Shown here: in pieces, positions 8,566 through 14,340 of the stretch
Numbering within the stretch: position 1 is the first letter of the stretch
Layout of the letters: each line of letters begins with the position of its first letter
Source: Priapulus caudatus
Lineage: Eukaryota
Assembly (NCBI RefSeq): GCF_000485595.1
Contig: NW_014577163.1
Coordinates: forward strand, 313,156-327,495
DNA length: 14,340 nt
Direction: 5' to 3'
Made by a program: the position numbers and the translations under genes
The notes under the pieces: model-generated
The model's input: only the letters and a program-made list of their open reading frames with translations
What the model was told of the DNA's origin: nothing
Database searches by the model: none

Positions 8566-8842
8566 GGAGAGTTTCAATAAAACATAATGCTAAATAACTA
8601 CGAAATATATTTACTACCAGTCTTAATGTTTCTCTACTCTCCTTCACCTATTATTGCCGACAAACCGTGCTGCAAATGCTTCAGCCACTGCAACACACGC
8701 CCACCGCACGCACGCTGCTACGCGCTACTGGCAGTACTGCACACTTACACATAAATATAGAGTACTTAACACTTACACACATATCTATTCAATATTGATA
8801 TATATATATACAATATTGATAGACTCCTGATTATATATATAT

Positions 8843-8900
8843 CAGGAGTAGATAATAGGGAATTATTATTAATAGGGAATTCCCTATTATCTACTCCTGA
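8843..8900. mobile_element. 58-bp mini-hairpin (MITE-like) carrying the same termini as the 11246-12015 foldback element
   Basis: tcaggagtagataataggg-aattattattaataggg-aattccctattatctactcctga. It sits inside (TA)n. An extra truncated terminus agactcctga lies at 8821-8830. Confidence 0.7.
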
Positions 8901-8914
8901 TGTATATATATATA

Positions 8915-9112
8915 TGTGTGCGTGTGCGCGTGCGCGTGCGCGTGTGCGCGTGTGTGTGCGTGTTTGCGGGTGTGTATGTGTTTGTGTTTGTGTGCGTGTG
9001 CGTGTGCGTGCGTGCGTGCGTGCGTGTGTGTGTGTGTGTGTGTGTGTGCGTGCGTGTGTGTGTGTGTGTGTGTGCGCTCACTGTGTGCGCGTGCTCGTGC
9101 CGCGTGCGTGTG
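8915..9112. repeat. (GT)n/(GTGC)n/(GCGT)n compound microsatellite
   Basis: Runs of tgtgcgtgtgcgcgtg… Four overlapping ORFs (CVCVCV, THTHTH) are its translations. Confidence 0.95.
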
Positions 9113-9308
9113 TAACGCAACATAACGTTGTAATAACGTTTTCGTGTTAGCTAGCTGTTATCTAAACGCTGCTAGTGATAGGATATATGATGTTATACAA
9201 ATAACGATATAAGTAGATTATTCTAAACAAATATGTTTCATATATTTTGTATTATTATAACATATTCCATTATATTCACGTATTATCAAGAGCTTATAAT
9301 ATTTATAT

Positions 9309-9448
9309 ATTAATGCCTGCTGTTGGGGGCACTATGCTCTCATAGTGTTGCTGAGGGAAGGAATAGTGCCCGAGCGGTAGCGAGGGCACTATTCCTTCCC
9401 AAAGCAACACTATGAGAGCATAGTGCCCCCAACAGCAGGCATTAATGT
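9309..9448. repeat. 140-bp near-perfect palindrome (60-bp arms, 13-bp loop gagcggtagcgag)
   Basis: attaatgcctgctgttgggggcactatgctctcatagtgttgctgagggaaggaatagtgccc | loop | gggcactattccttccc-aaa-gcaacactatgagagcatagtgcccccaacagcaggcattaat. The arms differ only at ctca/aaa. Confidence 0.9.
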
Positions 9449-9653
9449 TTTTAGTGCATCACATGACTATGCAATCTACTTTTCATGCGTATATACCTTC
9501 TTTATACTCCCTAATTTGCCGGTGCATTCGATGTAACAAAACGCTCGACACAAACACAATCGCCATTAATTCCAAAATCTTGCGTGGCGCCCAGACGCAG
9601 GAGATTCGTGACGTAAACACAATGCGTTATAATAACAATGCGTCGCGCAAGCG

Positions 9654-9679
9654 ATAGTGCCCGCTAAGGCGGGCACTAT
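9654..9679. repeat. 26-bp hairpin atagtgcccgc-taag-gcgggcactat sharing the atagtgccc/ggcactat motif with the 9309-9448 palindrome
   Basis: Perfect 11-bp stem. catagtgcc occurs again at 9686-9694. Confidence 0.8.
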
Positions 9680-9884
9680 CTCTTCATAGTGCCTGCTGCG
9701 TTATCCAATGAGATTGCAGCGATTTATCACGTCATGCACTAATTGCTTATAATAGTATTATTAGCTATTGGTACATATTATGTATACTCTTAGTCTATTA
9801 CCAGGGCAGTCCCGGTGACTGACTCACTGGCAGTGGCACCCATATTACAGTTTTCTATATCACATCAATGATCCTTGAACACAT

Positions 9885-10040
9885 CATATTACAATCTACT
9901 ACTATTATTTATCATTATTATTATTATATTATTTCTATGCTGGCAACCGAGCTCTATCTATATTATATCACATCATTATATTACATCATAATATTACAGT
10001 CTCCTACTAAATTATTTCTATGCTGGCAACCGATCCAAAG
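9885..10040. repeat. Tandem duplication of an ~85-bp AT-rich unit (marker atttctatgctggcaaccga at 9931-9950 and 10014-10033)
   Basis: The same 20-mer occurs twice, and the preceding attacaatctactact / attacagtctcctact are also matched. The ORF at 9868-10191 is an artefact of this unit. Confidence 0.75.
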
Positions 10041-10050
10041 AGCTTATAAT

Positions 10051-10196
10051 GATTATGATATGAGCATCTTGACCACTGATCTCTATAATATAATCGATTA
10101 TATTATATTATATTATTATTATATTATTATATTATTATATTATTATATTATATTAATCGATTATATTAATATAATCTCGATTATATTATAGAGATC
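10051..10196. repeat. Inverted repeat (arms ~35 bp, cactgatctctataatataatcgattatatta) around a (TATTA)n core
   Basis: The reverse complement of 10160-10200 (cactgatctctataatataatcgagattatatta) matches 10072-10105. The aagagct motifs lie outside the arms at both ends. Confidence 0.8.
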
Positions 10197-10220
10197 AGTG
10201 ATCTTGACAGCTCTTTGACC

Positions 10221-10251
10221 GATCTCACTAGATCTCACTCTAGATCTCACT
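10221..10251. repeat. 3 tandem copies of agatctcact
   Basis: gatctcactagatctcactctagatctcact. Confidence 0.85.
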
Positions 10252-10309
10252 TGTTGACAGCGCCACCAATTGGCAAGAATAGAAGATAATGTAATAAAAT
10301 GTCGAGCCC

Positions 10310-10416
10310 CACACCTGCCCTAGACTGGTACTCGCTCCCACCTCGATTACTCGACGGTGTAGCCATCGAGTAACTAAGCCGAGAGGTGGGAGCGAGTACC
10401 AGTCTACACCTGCCCT
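10310..10416. mobile_element. 83-bp palindromic MITE-like insertion (10322-10404) flanked by an 11-bp direct duplication ACACCTGCCCT
   Basis: acacctgccct|agactggtactcgctcccacctcg-attactcgacggtgtagccatcgagtaactaagc-cgagaggtgggagcgagtaccagtct|acacctgccct. The outer stem is 25 bp with a nested 11-bp inner stem (ttactcgacgg/ccatcgagtaa). The direct repeats sit at 10310-10320 and 10405-10415. Confidence 0.6.
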
Positions 10417-10480
10417 GGCACACCTGGGCGGTTACATTCTTCTGTATTGAAAACCAGTAGCGGCGTGACGGCGTCGATGC

Positions 10481-10490
10481 TTTATACATT
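10481..10490 (+). promoter_or_regulatory. TATA-like element (tttatacatt) ~15 bp upstream of the putative Ly6 exon-1 ATG
   Basis: gctttatacattcacatttaaagATGG gives a strong Kozak context (A at -3, G at +4). The spacing to the ATG is short, so the TSS and TATA assignment is tentative. Confidence 0.25.
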
Positions 10491-10501
10491 CACATTTAAA
10501 G

Positions 10502-10553
10502 ATGGAGGATGTTTCTACAGTTGTTGTCGTGTTACTGGCGTTGTGTCATACTG
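10502..10553 (+). CDS. Putative signal-peptide exon (MEDVSTVVVVLLALCHT+g), phase 1, proposed exon 1 of the Ly6/uPAR gene
   Basis: ATG in good Kozak context, a hydrophobic core, and a consensus donor GTAAGA at 10554. It ends in phase 1, exactly what the 13215 acceptor needs; g+gt gives Gly, producing …CHTG|LAIRCYSC. The implied intron is 2.66 kb and contains the foldback element. Confidence 0.35.
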
Positions 10554-10720
10554 GTAAGAACCGAGATCGTTAATTATTCGCGCGTGCATTTATACGGTGA
10601 CAGTGTTTAATAGCGTACCTTTTCGGTACATTATTCACACATAAATTGGACACAACTGTTGCAGGTCACACAAAAACAGAAGTCGGGGACGTGTATGACT
10701 CAACTTGTAGTCGGTTCAAG

Positions 10721-10879
10721 GATAGAGAACATGGGTCCCAATAAAACCAATGTCATTTACATCAATATAAATTATTAAATATAATATTAATTATTATATC
10801 AATATAATAGGTTAGGGTTATGGTTAGGCCTTAGGGTTAGGCACATTGGTTTTATTGGGACCCATGTACGTTCTCTATC
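10721..10879. repeat. Foldback: 32-36-bp inverted arms (gatagagaacatgggtcccaataaaaccaatg) with a loop carrying ggttagggttatggttaggccttagggttagg
   Basis: The reverse complement of 10843-10879 equals the left arm with a 4-bp insertion (gtac). The loop is AT-rich followed by TTAGGG-type repeats ending …ggcac, as in the 7913-8112 element. Confidence 0.85.
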
Positions 10880-11078
10880 ATTTGGGCCTGTAGTCTACGT
10901 CTACGTCTACATCTGACACAGGCACTTGGGACAGAGTCAGTAAAAACTGAAAATAATATGAACGCACATTCACAAATACTACCGTACCTCTCAATTACAG
11001 TTCCACTGTTGTGTCACTGTATATCAACTTTCCTTCATAAAAACAAACACCGAACGCTCCCGCACTCGCCGCTGCGAG

Positions 11079-11215
11079 TGTGCTGTGTCGCCATTAGTTC
11101 TAGTACTATAGCCCGCTTACATTAATTGCCACTGCCAGCGGCAACTGTACGCGGGCTATAGTACTAGAGCTATGTCGCCATTAGCTCTAGTACTATAGCC
11201 CGCGTACAGTTGCCG
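11079..11215. repeat. S-shaped repeat: three copies of ctagtactatagcccgc in + / - / + orientation
   Basis: gtcgccattagttctagtactatagcccgc…gcgggctatagtactagagctatgtcgccattagctctagtactatagcccgcgtacagttgccgc. The middle copy is inverted relative to both outer copies. cagcggcaactgtacgcggg / cccgcgtacagttgccgc are also inverted. Confidence 0.8.
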
Positions 11216-11245
11216 CTTTGAGACCAAATTGTATATATATATATA

Positions 11246-12015
11246 TCAGGAGTAGATAATAGGGAAGGAGTGTGACATCAATAAACAAGGGAAATTCGTC
11301 ATTTACTAGCCTTAGAATACCTACGATTTACTACGCGTAACGCAACCAACTTGAGCTCAAATCGTACACAGTACATTTGCCTAGCATCGTGCTAAATCGT
11401 TTCCTCGTATACACCCGCAATCCGGAGATAGAGACTAAAACGTACGACACGATTATCCATTCTGTTGCCAGCACACAGAATCCAATAGACGCAAAACTTG
11501 AAACAAAAGGCAGCTACTAACGCGCTATTGCTAACTCGGCGAGGCATGTGGCTCGCTGGGAGATTAGGCATCAACGCAACACTCGGCGAGATAACCTTTG
11601 ACCCGGTACACAGCTACATACCGGCATACCGACATACAGCTGGCATGCCCCCACGCACGCACGCCAACCGCAATCAGCAGCAGATCGGGCTCAAATCTCC
11701 CAGCGAGCCACATTGCCCGCCGAGTTAGCAATAGCGCGTTAGTAGCTGCCTTTTGTTTCAAGTTTTGCGCCTATTGGATTCTGTGTGCTGGCAACAGAAT
11801 GGATAATCGTGTCATACGTTTTAGTCTCTCTATCTCCGGATTGCGGGTGTATACGAGGAAACGATTTAGCACGATGCTAGGCGAATGTACTGTGTACGAT
11901 TTGCGCTCAAGTTGGTTGAGTTACGCGTAGTAAATCGTAGGTATTCTAAGGCTAGTAAATGACGAATTTCCCTTGTTTATTGAAGTCACACTCCTTCCCT
12001 ATTATCTACTCCTGA
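11246..12015. mobile_element. 770-bp foldback / long-TIR element: terminal inverted repeats of ~320 bp (11246-11565 and 11694-12015) around a 128-bp unique core, inserted in (TA)n
   Basis: Termini are tcaggagtagataatagggaaggagtgtgac … gtcacactccttccctattatctactcctga. The arms are roughly 93-95% identical. The mirror-image ORFs at 11392-11574(-) and 11598-11930(+) translate to near-identical peptides (SNLPASH.ARRVSNSALVAAFCFKFC.YWILCAGNRMDNRV) only because they read the two arms. No transposase ORF is present, so it is non-autonomous. Confidence 0.8.
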
Positions 12016-12030
12016 TATATATATATACAA

Positions 12031-12069
12031 TCAAGAGTAGATAATAGAGTCTCTATAATCTACTCTTGA
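12031..12069. mobile_element. 39-bp mini-hairpin variant of the same TIR terminus (tcaagagtagataatagag / ctctataatctactcttga), flanked by TACAA on both sides
   Basis: It lies 16 bp 3' of the big element inside the same (TA)n tract. Direct tacaa occurs at 12026-12030 and 12070-12074. Confidence 0.65.
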
Positions 12070-12075
12070 TACAAT

Positions 12076-12146
12076 GTATATATATATATATGTATATTAT
12101 ATATATACATTGTATATATATATATATATATATACATATATATACA
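12076..12146. repeat. (TA)n microsatellite with interruptions
   Basis: Runs of (ta)n interrupted by tgtata and ttatat. Confidence 0.95.
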
Positions 12147-12342
12147 CTAGGGGTCAGTGATACATATGGTATTTTGTTCTAAAGTAAAACAATGTGGCTA
12201 TCTTTGTCAGGCTGCAAAGATATATGATCCCAGTTATTACCTAGGTAATGCTATTTATTGCATTCATAAGGTTGCATTCATTCTGGCTATTTCATTTTTT
12301 CACTGGGTGTGGGCCAGGGTGCATCTTGGTTGATAAGAGAGG

Positions 12343-12418
12343 TGCTTTGTTGTTGTTGTTGTTTTTTGTGGCTAATGCTGCTGCTGCTTCTGCTGCTGTT
12401 GCTGCTGTTGCTGCTGCA
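12343..12418. repeat. (TTG)n followed by (GCT)n trinucleotide repeats
   Basis: ttgttgttgttgttg…gctgctgctgcttctgctgctgttgctgctgttgctgctg. Overlapping ORFs give poly-L and poly-A. No splice or gene context supports coding. Confidence 0.85.
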
Positions 12419-13214
12419 GTACCGAAGTTATTGTCGTAGATTACAGGGAGGAAAATCTTTTGCAGTTTCATGGATTTCTGATTTTTTTAGCTGTTAGTAC
12501 TGATTTGGATAAATTCAAAGAGAAAATTTAGGTGGGGTTAGAATACCTTACGTGATTTAAAGACCAGACTTAGCCCGATGTCTCATAAACTATAGTCATG
12601 GGAATTGGTTGGAATTCCATCATCAATCATCGGTTGCACGCAACCGATCGATGATTGAAGATAATCAGTTGAATGTTATTGATCGCGGCTACCAGATGTT
12701 GAAATATATTATATATCATATAATACAGTATTTTTTTATAATACAATATTCGAAAAGCTATATGACAGTATTATGCATGCTTATGTTTGGTGCAGGTTAT
12801 ATTTACTGTCTTCATGCTGTATAGTAACCAAACTAAACACAATAATAAAATTAAGTGTCATTTCATCAGTGTTTGCAAATTTTATTAAAAAATGTGAAAA
12901 AAACTTTTTTGATTGATTATTTATTTTCATAATCAAGCGCTTATACGTATAGTCGGTTGCTGCAAACGACTGACTTTCGATTATAATCGATCATCGGGAC
13001 ATCACTATCATAAAGTCGGATCACATTGTTAGAGAGCAACTTGTTTAGTTTAGTAAAACTATGGAGTATTAACTAAGTCGAGTGTATTCCAGATTGTGAC
13101 TGTAGGTATTTTGTACACCATTTGTCGTTGCAATTTTTTGTTCAATTATGATTTCAGATTTTTTTGTCGGTCATTCTCATCCCTGATCCTGAGGTCATGA
13201 TTGCTTGTTGACAG

Positions 13215-13361
13215 GTCTAGCCATAAGATGCTACTCATGTACAGTTCCTCCATATCCAGGAGCGGATCTTCATACAAATAAACGCAACATCTGTCCAGAC
13301 ATTAGTTGTCCGGGACCAAAGGAGGAACAAGTATGTGTGAAGATTACTGATAACAGAGGAA
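13215..13361 (+). CDS. Ly6/uPAR (three-finger) domain exon: (G)LAIRCYSCTVPPYPGADLHTNKRNICPDISCPGPKEEQVCVKITDNRG
   Basis: Acceptor ttgttgacAG at 13213-13214 and consensus donor GTAAGT at 13362. It opens with the LU-domain signature L-x-C-Y-S-C and has 5 cysteines with family-typical spacing. It enters and leaves in phase 1. Confidence 0.6.
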
Positions 13362-13374
13362 GTAAGTATCACAG

Positions 13375-13411
13375 TAATATTAATAATAATAACAATAATA
13401 ATAATAATAAT
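13375..13411. repeat. (AAT)n microsatellite in the Ly6 intron
   Basis: aataataataacaataataataataataat. Confidence 0.95.
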
Positions 13412-13464
13412 TTAGAATGGATATTCTGGTGTAAACTGTATGTATTTCCCTCCAGAGTACTCAG

Positions 13465-13468
<4 letters not shown>

Positions 13469-13495
<27 letters not shown>
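13469..13495. repeat. (TA)13 microsatellite
   Basis: Read directly from the sequence. Confidence 0.95.
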
Positions 13496-13640
13496 TGTGT
13501 GTCGGAGATTATTGTCACAGAGACAATTAGGAATCACCATCATGGGAGAGAAAAACCACCCAGTCTGAAATAGGCTTGAATAATATATTTACGGTGACCT
13601 GTTGTGCAGACGTGTTTCATAGCAGTTTTGCACATGAATA

Positions 13641-13662
13641 AGAGAGAGAGAGAGAGAGAGAG
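13641..13662. repeat. (GA)11 microsatellite
   Basis: Read directly from the sequence. Confidence 0.95.
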
Positions 13663-13746
13663 CTAATTTTGTCTATTACGTATTTACCTTTGTCACTTTT
13701 TGTCATACTGGGTTTTGTCATGAAAGTATGTACACATTGTTTCTAG

Positions 13747-13830
13747 GCGAAGAGGTCATCGTAAGAGGGTGCCTTTGGGACCTCAGATCAAGTAACTGGG
13801 CTCCTCTGCTCCCTGGAGATGTATTTACAG
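13747..13830 (+). CDS. Ly6/uPAR domain exon: SEEVIVRGCLWDLRSSNWAPLLPGDVFT(G)
   Basis: Acceptor ttgtttctAG at 13745-13746 and donor GTATGT at 13831. It is phase-1 compatible with the neighbouring exons (a|gc gives Ser, g|ga gives Gly) and contributes one Cys (RGC). Confidence 0.55.
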
Positions 13831-13976
13831 GTATGTGACTTACTTATTTAACAGTGAAAATAAATCATGCTTAGGATATGCGCATTAAAACAGTTCTTTG
13901 TCTCCATGGAATCTTTATTAATTTATATATGTTTACAGCTGATTCAGTCCTCCAATCTTTAACATTATCTTCGCAG

Positions 13977-14176
13977 GATGCCGGAAACCAGCTGTCGATA
14001 AATACCTAACGCCTAATGACTACTATCTGAACGTGTACAAGCAACCACACGAATCCATAGACTTCTGCTTCTGCAATGACTGGATATGGTGCAATGGCGC
14101 ACCACAACTGGTGAAGTCGGCCATCCTGCCTGGTTTACTATTGGCTTTGTCGCTGTGGCATTTATTGTACGCATGA
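13977..14176 (+). CDS. Ly6/uPAR terminal exon: (G)CRKPAVDKYLTPNDYYLNVYKQPHESIDFCFCNDWIWCNGAPQLVKSAILPGLLLALSLWHLLYA*
   Basis: Acceptor tcttcgcAG at 13975-13976. It holds the family's C-terminal signature: a near-adjacent Cys pair FCFC, then x5, then C-N (CNDWIWCN). A small-residue omega region (NGA) follows, then a 17-residue hydrophobic tail, which is a typical GPI-anchor signal. TGA at 14174-14176. The mature domain has 10 Cys in total. Confidence 0.6.
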
Positions 14177-14340
14177 TGTTAGATCATGTCTTTTGGGTGT
14201 ACAATCCCTAATAACAGTGAGTTTTAGGAATCTCAATAATTTGTGGTCCCTTCCAATGTCGTTTGGACACCATTGTTGTGTATACATGTGTACATTCCTG
14301 TACAGTCACTATCAAAGATAGAAGCATGTCATTGCATTTG

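Noticed and set aside
8887-9150. Four overlapping ORFs (CVCVCV…, THTHTH…, RVRVRV…)
   Set aside because: They are translations of the (GT)n/(GCGT)n microsatellite on both strands.
9868-10191. 107-aa ORF rich in I/Y/L (…IIYHYYYYIISML…)
   Set aside because: It is a translation of AT-rich tandem duplication and (TATTA)n. It overlaps the inverted repeat and has no coding signal.
11392-11930. Two ORFs on opposite strands (60 aa minus, 110 aa plus) encoding nearly the same peptide (…SNLPASH.ARRVSNSALVAAFCFKFC.YWILCAGNRMDNRV…)
   Set aside because: The identical peptides arise because each ORF reads one arm of the 320-bp terminal inverted repeat. This is evidence for the inverted repeat, not for a gene. 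They show no transposase-like motifs.
12248-12439. ORF MLFIAFIRLHSFWLFHFFTG…LLLLLFFVANAAAASAAVAAVAAAV as a possible signal-peptide exon or poly-Ala protein
   Set aside because: Candidate donors after the hydrophobic start are in phase 2, which is incompatible with the phase-1 Ly6 exon at 13215. The remainder is trinucleotide microsatellite (TTG)n(GCT)n.
1-14340. Prokaryotic-style novel system (defence island, operon, CRISPR, toxin-antitoxin)
   Set aside because: The sequence has spliceosomal introns with GT-AG boundaries, vertebrate-type telomeric hexamers and microsatellites, and pol III-type SINE/tRNA units. It is clearly eukaryotic nuclear DNA, with no co-directional dense ORF array, no RBS and no CRISPR repeats.

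Overview
This window is eukaryotic (metazoan-type) nuclear DNA, not prokaryotic. It has GT-AG introns with polypyrimidine tracts, abundant microsatellites, interstitial (TTAGGG)n telomeric repeats and pol III-type tRNA-derived units. There are no operons and no RBS-led ORFs, so I found no prokaryotic-style system such as a defence island, CRISPR array or toxin-antitoxin pair; the six-frame ORF track is mostly mistranslated repeats. Three blocks are visible.

(1) 1-4200: the 3' third of a major vault protein (MVP) gene on the + strand, in five clear exons (1910-2048, 2434-2645, 3004-3112, 3411-3530, 3739-3864). The translation aligns residue by residue to the shoulder and cap-helix part of vertebrate MVP ([21 protein letters not shown]..FDDFHKNSAxIIRxAVFG....SVDxQSVxPxDQ..AIEITTxSQEAAA.[20 protein letters not shown]). 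It sits downstream of an intron full of minisatellites.

(2) 4200-12500: an intergenic region that is unusually dense in hairpin, foldback and MITE-like repeats. It contains a 770-bp element with ~320-bp terminal inverted repeats plus two solo mini-hairpins carrying the same termini, a hairpin flanked by an 11-bp direct duplication, two long inverted repeats whose loops carry (TTAGGG)n, and two tandem minus-strand tRNA-derived units (perfect B-box GGTTCGAATCC, T4-T8 terminators). It also holds long (CT)n, (GT/GC)n and alternating purine/pyrimidine tracts.

(3) 10500-14180: a four-exon + strand gene model for a GPI-anchored Ly6/uPAR (three-finger) protein with 10 cysteines, a CYSC start, an FCFCNDWIWCN end and a hydrophobic GPI signal. 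Its signal-peptide exon appears to lie 2.7 kb upstream, across the foldback transposon.

The most notable points are the apparent in-frame termination of MVP before the conserved C-terminal cap-ring region, and the telomeric-repeat-bearing hairpin elements.
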